Assembly: GCA_965209085.1 (NCBI GenBank)
Contig: OZ242376.1
Span: forward strand, 1,376,001-1,440,000
Direction of reading: 5' to 3'
Length of the DNA stretch: 64,000 nucleotides
Source: Nitrosopumilaceae archaeon
GTDB lineage: Archaea; Thermoproteota; Nitrososphaeria; Nitrososphaerales; Nitrosopumilaceae
Positions within the stretch are counted from its first letter, which is position 1. Every line of letters starts with the position of its first letter. The translations under genes were made by a program, and so were the position numbers. Below are positions 9,812 to 20,046 of this stretch, in pieces. Below the pieces are notes generated by a model, which was given only the letters and a program-made list of their open reading frames with translations, ran no database searches and was not told the origin of the DNA.

Positions 9812-10783
9812 ATGGCCAAAATAGTCATTACGCGCCGCATACATCCGTTTGTCACAAAAAAACTGCGAATGCACCATGACGTATGGCAAAATGCCGGTCC
9901 ATCCCCCATTGCAAGAAAAGAGCTGCTAAAACGTATGCCCGGATGCGACGGACTCTTATGCATGCCCTATGATGTGATAGATTCAAAGATAATTGATGCA
10001 TCACAGAATTTACGCACAATCAGTACGTTTAGCGTAGGTTACGAACACATTGACGTAAAATATGCAAAAAGCCGCGGCATATCCGTAGGGTATACGCCAG
10101 ATGTGTTATCAGAGGCTACGGCCAACATGGCATTTGCCCTCATACTTGACATCACGCGCGGTGTTTCACGCGGAGATAGAATCGTACGTTCCAAGAATTG
10201 GAATACTGTGTTTGCGCCGCAGCAGCTGTGCGGTACAGAATTATCCAGGAAAACGCTTGGCATACTAGGCATGGGCCGCATCGGCATTCTTGTAGCAGAG
10301 CGCGCATCCGCCTTTGGCATGAAAATTGCATATCACAACAGACACAGGCTTTCTGCATCAGTGGAAAAGAAAATTGGTGCAAAATACAGGAGCATCTCTG
10401 CACTCTTTAGCGGGTGCGATATTTTATCGCTGCATGTTCCGCACACTGTAAAGACGCATCATATTGTAAATGAAAAAACATTCTCCAAGATGCGGCGCGG
10501 ATCATACATTGTAAACACCTCACGCGGTGCAATAATAGACGAGAAAAGCCTGATTTGTGCGGTAAAAAACGGCCGTATAAGGGGCGCAGGTCTTGACGTA
10601 TTTGAAACAGAACCACTGCGTGTAAAAAACCCGCTTGTAAAATTGGAAAATGTAACATTGGTGCCGCATCTTGGCACAGCTACTGAAGAGACAAGGGAAG
10701 GCATGGCCAAAATTACGCTTGAAAACCTTCTTGCAGGCATTGCCGGAAATAAAATACCCCACGAAGTTTTACTCCCGTCCTAG
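9812..10783 (+). CDS. D-2-hydroxyacid dehydrogenase (glyoxylate reductase / D-glycerate dehydrogenase)
   Basis: SVGYEHID, GILGMGRIG, NTSRG, LDVFETEP, PHLGTAT. Confidence 0.9.
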   Translation: MAKIVITRRIHPFVTKKLRMHHDVWQNAGPSPIARKELLKRMPGCDGLLCMPYDVIDSKIIDASQNLRTISTFSVGYEHIDVKYAKSRGISVGYTPDVLSEATANMAFALILDITRGVSRGDRIVRSKNWNTVFAPQQLCGTELSRKTLGILGMGRIGILVAERASAFGMKIAYHNRHRLSASVEKKIGAKYRSISALFSGCDILSLHVPHTVKTHHIVNEKTFSKMRRGSYIVNTSRGAIIDEKSLICAVKNGRIRGAGLDVFETEPLRVKNPLVKLENVTLVPHLGTATEETREGMAKITLENLLAGIAGNKIPHEVLLPS

Positions 10784-11040
10784 AGCTGGATTAGATCATC
10801 AGGGGATCCTTTGATGCAGTCAGTTCCCACCGCCTTTAAAACGGAAAAAGAAATGGATCCTTTTGGCACGGATCCTTTCAACTGGAGTCCGGTTAGCTTT
10901 TCAGATACTGTCGCACGGTGTCTTGCACATGTAACGCCGACCATGTATTCACCATCATTGGCCCGTACGGTAATGGCAAATTCTGGCGGGCTTGGACACT
11001 GTTTTCCATTCTTTATCATAGAGCATCTGTCAGGAAGCAT
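10780..11040 (-). CDS. Small hypothetical protein, probable zinc binder
   Basis: MLPDRCS...QCPSPP...TCARH...DCI; likely start at 11040. Confidence 0.65.
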   Translation of the reverse strand: MLPDRCSMIKNGKQCPSPPEFAITVRANDGEYMVGVTCARHRATVSEKLTGLQLKGSVPKGSISFSVLKAVGTDCIKGSPDDLIQL

Positions 11041-11065
11041 GCGTATGCATGGGTATAATGCGATA

Positions 11066-12358
11066 TTAATCTTGAGCGTGCATTTTCCAAACGGTTCCGT
11101 CTTTCTCGCCGGCGCGCTCCAATATTCCCTTCGCGTACAATCCTTTAACAATTTCTTCAGTGTATGATGGAGCCCCGGTTGCGCCAGGAGAGTTATAGTT
11201 TATGATGTGAAGTGAATGATCCCCATACTCTTCAAGTATGTCCGATACGAATGCCCCATCCGAAGATATCAGCGGAGTTCGGATTCCCGCAGTACCCCTG
11301 TTTGAGAAAAAATTCGGCCTCACATCAGGGATAAACGACTGTATGCGGCGTATCATGGCCGATTTTGAGAGCGAGCTGTGCCATTCTTTTGAAACCAGAG
11401 ATAAAAATTCCGAATTTGTCAAGAGTTTGAGCGTACCTCCGCGCAAAATCTGGCTCATTTTCGATAACATTGTAGGAATATTCCCCACATATCCGGCATA
11501 CAATTCTGGATCTAAAACCGGTACAGCGTTTGGTCCAACCTCTACGGTTCCGTCGGCTTTTTTTATCCAATGTGGATCCAAAAACGGATAATTTGGAAAT
11601 TCTGCCACGGTGTATACGGTGGTGTTTACCATGCGCTCATATTTTTGACAGCATACCCAGTATTCGCCCCTAAAATGCATGTCCGTATATGATGTAGCAC
11701 ATTCGAGCATTTTTGCAATATCAAGGGAATTGGCGCCGGCGCAATTTACCAGATAACCGCATGTTATTTTTGCCCCTCCTTTGAATTCAATTTCACATCC
11801 GTCGGCAAGCGGTTTGATTGCCACAAGTTTCATTCCCATCATGTACTCTGCGCCGGTTTTTTGAGATTCAGAGACCATGTTTTTGGTAAGCGCCCCAAAA
11901 TCCGTTGAAACCTCGCGCGGGCAGTACAGTCCGGAATGGCACCGTATGTTTGGCTCCATTTTTTTTACCTGTTCCCCATCAAGCAGATGCATCTCTTCTT
12001 TTGGCATGCCGTTTTCATATGCCCACTTTGAATATTTTTCAAGCGTTGCATCCTGTTCGGGTTTTACTGCCAGCTCCAGCAGACCTGTTTTTTTCCACGG
12101 CAGTTTATTTTCAGATGCAATTTTTTTCCACATATCATACGAGCGAAGAGATGTTCTGGCCATTTTTGATTTTTTTTTCGGATCAATGTAAAACGGCGAA
12201 TGTACCACTCCTGTATTGCGCGAGCTTGCATGTTCTGCCGGAAGCATTTCCTTTTCGACAACGCAGACGCTTGCATTGCACGTGGAGGATATCCAGTATG
12301 CAATGCACGAACCCAATACTCCGGCACCCACTATGACCACATCGTACTGTTTGGACAT
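11066..12358 (-). CDS. FAD-dependent oxidoreductase, L-2-hydroxyglutarate oxidase (LhgO)-like
   Basis: VGAGVLG, HASSRNTGVVH, FRGEY, PFLDPH, GPNA, SPGATGA. Confidence 0.85.
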   Translation of the reverse strand: MSKQYDVVIVGAGVLGSCIAYWISSTCNASVCVVEKEMLPAEHASSRNTGVVHSPFYIDPKKKSKMARTSLRSYDMWKKIASENKLPWKKTGLLELAVKPEQDATLEKYSKWAYENGMPKEEMHLLDGEQVKKMEPNIRCHSGLYCPREVSTDFGALTKNMVSESQKTGAEYMMGMKLVAIKPLADGCEIEFKGGAKITCGYLVNCAGANSLDIAKMLECATSYTDMHFRGEYWVCCQKYERMVNTTVYTVAEFPNYPFLDPHWIKKADGTVEVGPNAVPVLDPELYAGYVGNIPTMLSKMSQILRGGTLKLLTNSEFLSLVSKEWHSSLSKSAMIRRIQSFIPDVRPNFFSNRGTAGIRTPLISSDGAFVSDILEEYGDHSLHIINYNSPGATGAPSYTEEIVKGLYAKGILERAGEKDGTVWKMHAQD

Positions 12359-12399
12359 ACAGTGTAATTCTCCGATAGTCATTAAATCGTTTTGAAATA

Positions 12400-12699
12400 T
12401 TATTCGGATATGACAGTATAAAGTGATTTTTGTATTTTTGGATCTATGAATTCGAACAGTTTTGCCCGAACCTTGTCGTGTTCTGGATTTTTGTGCATTG
12501 CCTCAAATGTCTCACGGGTTCTATGCTCCACTAGTATCCTGTAAGAGCCATCATGCGAACGCAGCAGGCGTCTTGAAACAAATCCGTCTATTTTAAAGAG
12601 TATTGCGTTTGTCTCCTTTACATGGCGTGAAAATTCTTCTTCGGTTCCATTGTTCATGGATACGTCTATCATTGCCACAAACATACCAAATGTTTTCAT
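12400..12699 (-). CDS. Antibiotic biosynthesis monooxygenase (ABM) family protein
   Basis: ~99 aa; GFVSRRLLRS...FEAMHKNPEH ferredoxin-like ABM pattern. Confidence 0.75.
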   Translation of the reverse strand: MKTFGMFVAMIDVSMNNGTEEEFSRHVKETNAILFKIDGFVSRRLLRSHDGSYRILVEHRTRETFEAMHKNPEHDKVRAKLFEFIDPKIQKSLYTVISE

Positions 12700-12729
12700 T
12701 TTATGGTAATTAAATCAATTCATGGCTGT

Positions 12730-13407
12730 TTACGGTTTTTTGCAGCTGTTTTTTAGATATTTAGAGGCCAGCACTGTTACAGGTACAACGATTAACAGTA
12801 TGATTAAAAGTATGGAAATTGTTTCAAGTGATTTGTTTAGTTTTGTCATCTGATCGTACAGATTCAGCTGACCCACGTACTGGTACGGGGCAGGCTGGAT
12901 TATATTTTCTATTTGAAAGCAGTTTTCTTTAGGAGTGTATTCACAATAATCAACATGTATGGTATGCGGTACGATTAGCCGGATGTTAATCGGCATCCCG
13001 TTGGATGTAAAAGTATTCGAATCGTTCGGATACAGCGTCAGCTCGCCAGATTGTGCGTATTCAGAACTTCTTGTATCGGCAGAATCAAATTTGTAGTTGA
13101 GAAATTTATCCGGAATTTTTATCGTTATTTTTTCATAATCAGCGCCGCTCTCAGAATAATGTGCGCCGTTTACTTTGGCATCCAGTGTAACCAGCGGACC
13201 CACCTGCAGTACATCCTGTGTTACGATCCAACAAAATTCAATTTTTACCTCACCAGAAGAATCCGGATGTAAAAATTTACGGACTGTTTGAAAATACATT
13301 ACATCCCACTCATTTGCCAAATTCGTACATTCAGAATCAGACAAAGCACCTGGAATAAAAGGCACAAGCAGTGCTGCCATACTCAGTGCGATTATTGCAA
13401 TTCTCAA
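12730..13407 (-). CDS. Hypothetical secreted/membrane-anchored protein
   Basis: N-terminal signal peptide; C-terminal TM helix plus basic tail. Confidence 0.7.
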   Translation of the reverse strand: MRIAIIALSMAALLVPFIPGALSDSECTNLANEWDVMYFQTVRKFLHPDSSGEVKIEFCWIVTQDVLQVGPLVTLDAKVNGAHYSESGADYEKITIKIPDKFLNYKFDSADTRSSEYAQSGELTLYPNDSNTFTSNGMPINIRLIVPHTIHVDYCEYTPKENCFQIENIIQPAPYQYVGQLNLYDQMTKLNKSLETISILLIILLIVVPVTVLASKYLKNSCKKP

Positions 13408-13586
13408 CGTATTCTTGCATTATAGAGGGTTATTATGCATATTCATTGTAAGACATTCAATGTGAGATTCCATGATCCTGCAAGGTGTTTAAAACTGAAC
13501 TGTTGTCATATTTTGGGCGCATGCAAATTTGCCGTTGTATAGTACAATATTCACAGATATGCCATTGCGTATAATTTGTATAAAAA

Positions 13587-13685
13587 TGGCGCCGGGGGGG
13601 AGATTTGAACTCCCGTTCCCTTGCGAGAACGCGCTATATGGCAATGTTTCCAGGCGCGCGCCCTACCAGGCTAGGCGACCCCGGC
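13587..13685 (-). tRNA. tRNA-Ser(GGA) with a 12-nt intron at 37/38 (13636-13647); encoded CCA
   Basis: GCCGGGG acceptor, anticodon arm CGCGC-CT-GGA-A[ACATTGCCATAT]A-GCGCG, long variable arm, GTTCAAATC T-arm, GCCA end. Confidence 0.92.
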
Positions 13686-13838
13686 ACGATCGTAAAGACC
13701 GTGTCGAGTATATTGAGGTCATTAAATAAAGATTAGTTTGGATCTTTGGCGGACGGCGTTTTGCGGGTTTTTTGAATGCCAGGGGAAACCATTCAGGTTT
13801 TAAATTACAAAACGGGCGTATAAATTCCAAATCCTGCA

Positions 13839-14234
13839 TCATGTAATGGTAACTGTGATCGAGGCAGCGATTATAGATATATGCGATGATACAGTATACG
13901 TTCCAGGATCAAAATGTGTGGTATTCCACGTTACTGTTTGTGTCTGTTTTGCTCTAATGACAACGTGTTCTTCATCATGCGGGGCGTGCCATATTATCAC
14001 ACCTTTAGGATCTATCACGCGTATTCCAAACGCGTCATTTGGGAATAAAAGAGGATACGAGCCAGTATTATGAACCTCGAGTACGACTATCTCTCCCACA
14101 GCATACTGCATTTTAGGCGAAGTCAGTAAAAGAGGCAGGTTTTTGTTTTCAATTTCATCATACAGTAAAATTCCCAGTGTTAATGCAGATGCCATACCCA
14201 CGCATACTGCCACAAGAAGATTTCTGTTTATCAT
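13839..14234 (-). CDS. Hypothetical membrane-anchored beta-sandwich protein
   Basis: N-terminal TM followed by an Ig-like pattern (YAVGEIV...PGTYTV); translationally coupled to cbf5. Confidence 0.65.
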   Translation of the reverse strand: MINRNLLVAVCVGMASALTLGILLYDEIENKNLPLLLTSPKMQYAVGEIVVLEVHNTGSYPLLFPNDAFGIRVIDPKGVIIWHAPHDEEHVVIRAKQTQTVTWNTTHFDPGTYTVSSHISIIAASITVTIT

Positions 14235-15250
14235 TAATGTCCGTGCCCGTCGGATGTACGATCTGGTAATCTTGTGCGCCAGCTCTTTTTGTACGTTCCA
14301 GGTTCCATTATTATGCGGTTTGTTTCAAATGCGTGCCCCCTGGTTCCCTCAGATATTGCATCTGCATCCATTGTGGCAGTTGCAAGTGCGACAGCTTCGC
14401 CTTTTTGTGTATAAACTGCCACAAAATCCCCTTTTTTCAGATCGTGTGAGATCTGCAGTATTCCAGGTATTGCAAGCTGTGCCCCGTGGCATAGTGCATC
14501 AACTGCAGAATCACGTATTACTGTGGATTTTATCTCACTGAGTGCCACCTCTACAGGATGCACGTATCGCCGAAGTTTTGAGTCATTTCCGCTCTCCTTC
14601 CATACAGCGTAAGCGTCTGCAAGAGTGTGCATTGTAACAAGACCCATCTTTTCTTCAAATTGTGCCACACGTGTTCTCCTCAGCTCGATCATGGACGCAC
14701 CGGATCCCATGATTTCGCCCATATCGTATATGAGTTTGCGTATGTACGTGCCAGCCTCGCATACCGTACGCATTAAAACAAGTGAATCTTTTTGCTCCAT
14801 GATTTCTATTTCAGTTATAGTCCTTATCCGTGTGCGGCGTAAAACTGAAGAGCGCTGCGGCGGTTTTTGGTAGATGGGTCCAGTAAACGTGTTTTTCAAA
14901 TATTCAATTGTCTTTAAAGATGGAACCGTATGAAATCTTCCAATGCCGACGTATTCTTTTGTTCCAAATAACAATACACCCAGCGCCTTTGTGGCGTTAC
15001 CAAGTCCCAGCGGCAGAACGCCTGAAACTTGCGGATCAAGTGTTCCACTGTGCCCTATCTTTGGCAGATCCAGCATTCGTTTTGTCCATGCAACTACCTC
15101 ATGGCTTGTCGGACCTGGCGGTTTGTCCAGCAGTATAATGCCGTTATCAAGCAGATCTGAGGTACTGCGTTTGTCATAACGGCAGCCTTGTTCCTCGTCT
15201 ATTAGGTCCTGATCCAGTACGTTTAGATTTTCCAGCTGTTTTAGATTCAA
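14234..15250 (-). CDS. cbf5: H/ACA pseudouridine synthase Cbf5
   Basis: DKPPGPTSH, GHSGTLDP, CEAGTYIR, C-terminal PUA domain. Confidence 0.95.
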   Translation of the reverse strand: MNLKQLENLNVLDQDLIDEEQGCRYDKRSTSDLLDNGIILLDKPPGPTSHEVVAWTKRMLDLPKIGHSGTLDPQVSGVLPLGLGNATKALGVLLFGTKEYVGIGRFHTVPSLKTIEYLKNTFTGPIYQKPPQRSSVLRRTRIRTITEIEIMEQKDSLVLMRTVCEAGTYIRKLIYDMGEIMGSGASMIELRRTRVAQFEEKMGLVTMHTLADAYAVWKESGNDSKLRRYVHPVEVALSEIKSTVIRDSAVDALCHGAQLAIPGILQISHDLKKGDFVAVYTQKGEAVALATATMDADAISEGTRGHAFETNRIIMEPGTYKKSWRTRLPDRTSDGHGH

Positions 15251-15804
15251 AGAATTTTTTGCACCCCTTCTTGCGCCCTTGTTATTACTTTGGCAGCATC
15301 AAGTAAATCCGTATCTATTACAACATCAAATACGGATTTTTCTCCAAAATCAAATCCGTAGAGGCGTTTGTAGATTATTTTATTTTCCGCGTATCTTTTT
15401 TTTGACACTGTCAACGCTTTTGCGGCATCCATGCCGTCCCGCGACTGCATGCGGTCAGCGCTTATTTTGTGCGAGCCGCCAAGCCAGATCTTTATTCCCC
15501 CCTGTGCAATCCAAGGTATGGTATAGCTAGTCATTACCGCCCCTCCAATGCTGTACGCTTTGATGAGTTTTTCATCCACGCGCCTGTCGTACTGTTCATC
15601 CTCAGAGCGCATTTTCAGAAATTTCAGGCCATCATCAGTATCCCACCAGTCATCACCTGTAGAGTCAAAACCGTATTCGGATGCAATTTCCTTTAATACG
15701 TCCCCGCCACTGACGTATTTGAGGTTGAATTTTTCTCCAAGCGCCTTTGCCACGGTGGTTTTTCCCACAGCAGGCGGTCCTGAAATCACTATGGATTTTT
15801 TCAA
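15247..15804 (-). CDS. cmk: Cytidylate kinase
   Basis: ISGPPAVGKTT P-loop; conserved position before cbf5. Confidence 0.88.
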   Translation of the reverse strand: MKKSIVISGPPAVGKTTVAKALGEKFNLKYVSGGDVLKEIASEYGFDSTGDDWWDTDDGLKFLKMRSEDEQYDRRVDEKLIKAYSIGGAVMTSYTIPWIAQGGIKIWLGGSHKISADRMQSRDGMDAAKALTVSKKRYAENKIIYKRLYGFDFGEKSVFDVVIDTDLLDAAKVITRAQEGVQKIL

Positions 15805-16436
15805 CCCAGATCCATCGATGTTTTTGTCAGCTTCATAATCATGCCGCTAAACGCGATCGAAGAGAGAAAATACCATGCCCACAAGTATATTCCATTTTCC
15901 TGTGTGCAGACAGGGTCTAAATCTGTCGCCTGTTCAAGAGTACACGTAAGCTGGAATAAGTCTCCTGGGATCACGTTGAGGGATATTGGCGATAGTGCCA
16001 CAGTGTATGAGAACAGTTCTGGCAGTACGAAATAAAATATAAGCAGCAATGGGACGAATGTTATGAGCATCGGACGCATGTTCATCTGCATCATCTCCAT
16101 GTTCATCTTGTTCATGTACGATGATTTTTTGTTCAAAGAAGCTTGTTTTTCAAGATCTTTTGAACGGAATGCTGCCATGCGTGCCTTTTGCCATGCACGC
16201 GTCTCCTTCATTATCCGTTTTAATTTTACCTGATCTACCAGTTTTTTTCTCACACCGGAATTGAACATGTTTAACAATATTCCAAATCCGGTTACCGCGA
16301 ACAAAGTTGCCACCGTTCCCTTTATTATTGGATCATCACTTCCAAGTGCTCCTCGGTCTCCTAGTCCAAACAAATCCATACCCTGCAAAAATACAGCATC
16401 CAAAAAGAGATGTATTGTGCTAAAATCCACGATCAT
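15801..16436 (-). CDS. EMC3/TMCO1 (DUF106) Oxa1-superfamily membrane insertase
   Basis: TM-coiled-coil-TM layout, MRPMLITFVP, WYFLSS; position after adk. Confidence 0.85.
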   Translation of the reverse strand: MIVDFSTIHLFLDAVFLQGMDLFGLGDRGALGSDDPIIKGTVATLFAVTGFGILLNMFNSGVRKKLVDQVKLKRIMKETRAWQKARMAAFRSKDLEKQASLNKKSSYMNKMNMEMMQMNMRPMLITFVPLLLIFYFVLPELFSYTVALSPISLNVIPGDLFQLTCTLEQATDLDPVCTQENGIYLWAWYFLSSIAFSGMIMKLTKTSMDLG

Positions 16437-17011
16437 TACGCGCCAATCCCCTTTGCAATTTCTTCTGCCACGCTATCAGCCCGGCCTTCGGAATTTAAGA
16501 CCGTGAGTATAGGGGATCCTGAGAGTATAGAGCACGCTGCAACCATGGAATCCTGTACCGCAAGCTCCTTTTTAATGGACTCTATTGAGACGATATCACG
16601 GATACGTGTGATATCCCCCATACGCCTATTGTATATCTCCTCAGGACGCGCCGAAACTGAAACAAAATGGTTTGGTTTTATTATCTCAAGTATGTTGTTT
16701 GGTAATCCTGGATAAAATCCTGAATCAGTGGCAATAAAGGCATGTGTGTCGACTATAATAATGTCCTCGCTAAAACAGGCTATTTTTGATGCAACCTGGT
16801 TTTGCAGTTTTTTTTGCTGTGAAATGTCCAGCTTGCGCAGATCGTCCCGGTCTTTGGCATACGAGGATGCCTCTTTGAGCATCAGGGTGCCAAAGCTGTC
16901 CAGCCTTACGCTGTGTTTTTTGACCTTTAACAGTTCGGCAAGTTTTTTGACAAGCGTTGTTTTTCCCACACCTGGAATTCCAACTATGATTATTTTTTTA
17001 TTTTCTGCCAA
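16436..17011 (-). CDS. adkA: Archaeal adenylate kinase
   Basis: VGIPGVGKTT, DRDDLRKL, VDTHA, YPGLP; likely TTG start at 17011. Confidence 0.92.
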   Translation of the reverse strand: MAENKKIIIVGIPGVGKTTLVKKLAELLKVKKHSVRLDSFGTLMLKEASSYAKDRDDLRKLDISQQKKLQNQVASKIACFSEDIIIVDTHAFIATDSGFYPGLPNNILEIIKPNHFVSVSARPEEIYNRRMGDITRIRDIVSIESIKKELAVQDSMVAACSILSGSPILTVLNSEGRADSVAEEIAKGIGA

Positions 17012-18428
17012 GCAGTGCACCCAATCTTGGCATGACAACCTCGACTTGTTCCCTTACAAGCTGGTTGTAATAATTGATCAGTATATCCACCATCAACAGT
17101 ACGCCGATACCGCTTCCAAATACTCCCAGTACGTCAGAAAATCCAGCCAATGCCCCAAGTATTATGGAGCCGATTAATGTAACTGACGGGATGTATTTGT
17201 TTAACAAAATTTCCATGGGCTGTTTTGAGCGCCTAAACCCTGGAACCTGTACGTCCGCATCAAGGAGGTTTTTTGCAGCACTCTTTGGCGAGAGGCCTCC
17301 CAGTTCCACCCAAAGCTTGCCAAAAATCACCACGATTCCTATCATGAACAAAATGTAAATGGCTGCGCGTAACGGATCCTGTGCGGCAACGTCAAGCCCC
17401 CTAGGAGGCGTGATATAGTATATGATTCCCCCTATCGGAGTTGACGGACTAGTCGGATCAAACTGCCCGATAATGTTCATGAACGGACTTGCGTTTCGCA
17501 GGTTAAAGTTTGCCCATAAAAGCTGCCCCAAAAATACAGCGTTTGCAGTCAACGCTGAAGCTAAAATTACAGGAATGTTTGAAACGTACATTAGTTTTAT
17601 CGGATATACTGCAGAAAATCCACGGTATTTTGTCGATACAAGTGGTATCTCTATCTTCATTCCCTGCACGTATACTAGTATCAGCAAAACGCCTGCTGTA
17701 ACGAACATTCCGAATATGCTTGGAAGCTGGTTGAATCTGAAAAATACGTTTGATAGATCGCCGCCAAGTATGGACTGACCAATGTAGGGTATTATGCCCA
17801 CCGTACCCCCGTCTCCAGCTGGCAGCGGACTAAACATGCTCCAAAGTATCTGCTGCGCCACGCCGGCCATGATAAACAAACTGATTCCGCTTCCAAGACC
17901 CCATCCTTTTTGGATCAACTCGTCAAGAAACATGATGATTATCGAAGCTGCCATAAGCTGTCCCACCAATATGTACAAAATGGCCGGATCTGATATGTTT
18001 GAGCCATACACTGCTATTCCATATACTATTGATTCGCCCACGATGATAATGTACGTTACCAGCTTTGTTGCAGTCTGAAATACCGCCCTCTCGTTTGGCT
18101 TTTTAAAATCAAACTTTAGTATGTCCGAGCCTCTCAAAAGCTGCATCAGCAGACCAGAGGTAACTATTGGTCCTATTCCAAGTTCTACAAGCGTGCCCTG
18201 CTGGGATGCAAAAATTACCCTTGCAAATTCTAAAAAGTCAAACTCTGGTGTTGTCGCTCCAAACAGAGGAGTCTGACCCATTACCATGTATATGAGCAGT
18301 GCAAGACCAGACCATACAAGACGCATTTGGAGTGAGAGTTTTTTTTTCGGTTTTGGCACCTGTGGAAGATACGGTTCTACTGCAGAAACTATTTTGCGTA
18401 TGTATGTGGTGGCAGATCCCTCAGCCAT
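16998..18428 (-). CDS. secY: Preprotein translocase SecY
   Basis: ELGIGPIVTSG, KGWGLGSGISLFI, YPIKLMYVSNIP, GSGIGVLLMV. Confidence 0.97.
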   Translation of the reverse strand: MAEGSATTYIRKIVSAVEPYLPQVPKPKKKLSLQMRLVWSGLALLIYMVMGQTPLFGATTPEFDFLEFARVIFASQQGTLVELGIGPIVTSGLLMQLLRGSDILKFDFKKPNERAVFQTATKLVTYIIIVGESIVYGIAVYGSNISDPAILYILVGQLMAASIIIMFLDELIQKGWGLGSGISLFIMAGVAQQILWSMFSPLPAGDGGTVGIIPYIGQSILGGDLSNVFFRFNQLPSIFGMFVTAGVLLILVYVQGMKIEIPLVSTKYRGFSAVYPIKLMYVSNIPVILASALTANAVFLGQLLWANFNLRNASPFMNIIGQFDPTSPSTPIGGIIYYITPPRGLDVAAQDPLRAAIYILFMIGIVVIFGKLWVELGGLSPKSAAKNLLDADVQVPGFRRSKQPMEILLNKYIPSVTLIGSIILGALAGFSDVLGVFGSGIGVLLMVDILINYYNQLVREQVEVVMPRLGALLGRK

Positions 18429-18882
18429 TTGTTGTTTGCACCTCTTTTGGCACGGTTTTTGGAATTACCTTCACACTTCCGCCTGCTTTTTCAAGTTTTG
18501 TTTTGGCAGATTCCGTACAGCGCCTTACAGTTACAGCGTATGTACCTGATATTGAGCCACCTCCAAGAAGTTTGTCATATCCGGCAGCTGTAAGATCTAT
18601 TACTTTGCGTCCTGCATCATCCTTACCTATTTTGGCGTAAATATCGTCAAGATCCCGTATACATGCCCAAGATTTAACCAGGTTAAGATTTCGCGGCGTA
18701 TGGGTTGATTCGTGTCCAAAATGATCCGGATCATCACGCAGCATTGAGCTAAAGTGGTGTTTTAACATTCCAGACATTCCAAGTCCTCCCTTGTGTCCGC
18801 TAGCGCGGTGCTGTCCAACCTGTCCCCAGCCACACGTACGTGAACCGCGGTTCTTGCGGGTTTTTCTGTTTCTAGTTGCCAT
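18421..18882 (-). CDS. rpl15: 50S ribosomal protein uL15
   Basis: RGSRTCGWG...GHKGG.G, KLLGGG. Confidence 0.95.
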   Translation of the reverse strand: MATRNRKTRKNRGSRTCGWGQVGQHRASGHKGGLGMSGMLKHHFSSMLRDDPDHFGHESTHTPRNLNLVKSWACIRDLDDIYAKIGKDDAGRKVIDLTAAGYDKLLGGGSISGTYAVTVRRCTESAKTKLEKAGGSVKVIPKTVPKEVQTTNG

Positions 18883-18884
18883 TG

Positions 18885-19352
18885 TTATATCATTCTCCGG
18901 ACCAATTCGGCCAATTCTTTGTTAGGTCCTAGTATGCCTTTTTGCGTATAGAGGCGTTTTGTACTTCGTTTAAATCCCTTACGCGGCGGTGCCAGTGCAA
19001 ACCACGGCTTTAGTTCCTTTATCTTTGACATTGAAATCTTGCCTTCCGCAATGGAGGAGGCCATCTCGTCAAGATCGGCAAATCCCATGTCTTTTAGATC
19101 CTGCGATTCAATTTTTCGGTATCCGGACTTGCGGCCTTTTTTATCCAACAGATGTTTTGTAATTTCAATATCTGCCTCTTGCCAGCTGACGTAATGTTTT
19201 ATCTTGTCCAGCATTCCAAGGGTGTTTACCTGTGCCTGCAGTATGGTTGCACGGTATTTTTTGTCCAATCTTAACAATTCCATAGTGGTACTAGCCCAGT
19301 ACGGAACATCTACCTGGCCTTTAATTCGGACTACAAGATACGACTTTGCCAT
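18885..19352 (-). CDS. rpl30: 50S ribosomal protein uL30
   Basis: VVRIKG, LAPPRKGF; operon position. Confidence 0.93.
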   Translation of the reverse strand: MAKSYLVVRIKGQVDVPYWASTTMELLRLDKKYRATILQAQVNTLGMLDKIKHYVSWQEADIEITKHLLDKKGRKSGYRKIESQDLKDMGFADLDEMASSIAEGKISMSKIKELKPWFALAPPRKGFKRSTKRLYTQKGILGPNKELAELVRRMI

Positions 19353-19359
19353 GCTTGTA

Positions 19360-20046
19360 TCAACCCTGACTGAATGTCTGTCTTAGACATTCCAATACGG
19401 CTTTAGCCGTAGAATTCATTGTTGGCGTAGATCCTTTTGCCGTAGTATATGCATCCTTTAATCCTGCAAGCTCTAATAGACGTCGTATTTTGCCTCCGGC
19501 CACAAGACCTAGTCCACGTGGTGCAGGAAGTATCTCCACAACGACGCTGCCGCCTTTGCCTCGCACCTTGAATGGTACTGAATGTTTTTGTGAACACTTG
19601 CATTCCCAGCTTCCACATCCAAGTTTTATCGGACTGACGTTAATGTACGCCTGGGTTGTCGCTTTTTCTATAGCTATGCGTATTTGCTTTGATTTGCCCT
19701 GCCCTATTCCAAGCCAGCCATTCTCATTTCCTGCCGCAACAATGGCGCGGAATCTCGTGGATTGGCCGTTTGCCGTCATTTTTTGTATCATTCCGACATC
19801 CACCACTTCTGTTTTCAAGTCAGGTAGGAGTTTTTTTATTATTCCGGATTCCTGAATGCGCGCGCCGCTTTCCAGTATTGGTATAATGGAATCAATCTCT
19901 CCGGATGAAACTTTTTTCCCAAGTATTGTCTTTGGCACCCATGGTGCTTCCTCACGCGGTTCACGGCGTCTTCGAGGTCTGTCAGATGCACCAGGTCTGC
20001 CTCCGCGCGGTGGACGTCCTTTGGTTGGGGCAGCAGTATGACTCAA
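19360..20046 (-). CDS. rps5: 30S ribosomal protein uS5
   Basis: WVPKTILG, GCGSWEC, PAPRGLGLVAG. Confidence 0.96.
   Translation of the reverse strand: MSHTAAPTKGRPPRGGRPGASDRPRRRREPREEAPWVPKTILGKKVSSGEIDSIIPILESGARIQESGIIKKLLPDLKTEVVDVGMIQKMTANGQSTRFRAIVAAGNENGWLGIGQGKSKQIRIAIEKATTQAYINVSPIKLGCGSWECKCSQKHSVPFKVRGKGGSVVVEILPAPRGLGLVAGGKIRRLLELAGLKDAYTTAKGSTPTMNSTAKAVLECLRQTFSQG

Noticed and set aside
9812-10783. Phosphite dehydrogenase PtxD as partner of phnDCE
   Set aside because: It has SVGYEH where PtxD has LKGFDN (phosphite-binding Lys), and it lies 16 kb away; glyoxylate reductase fits better
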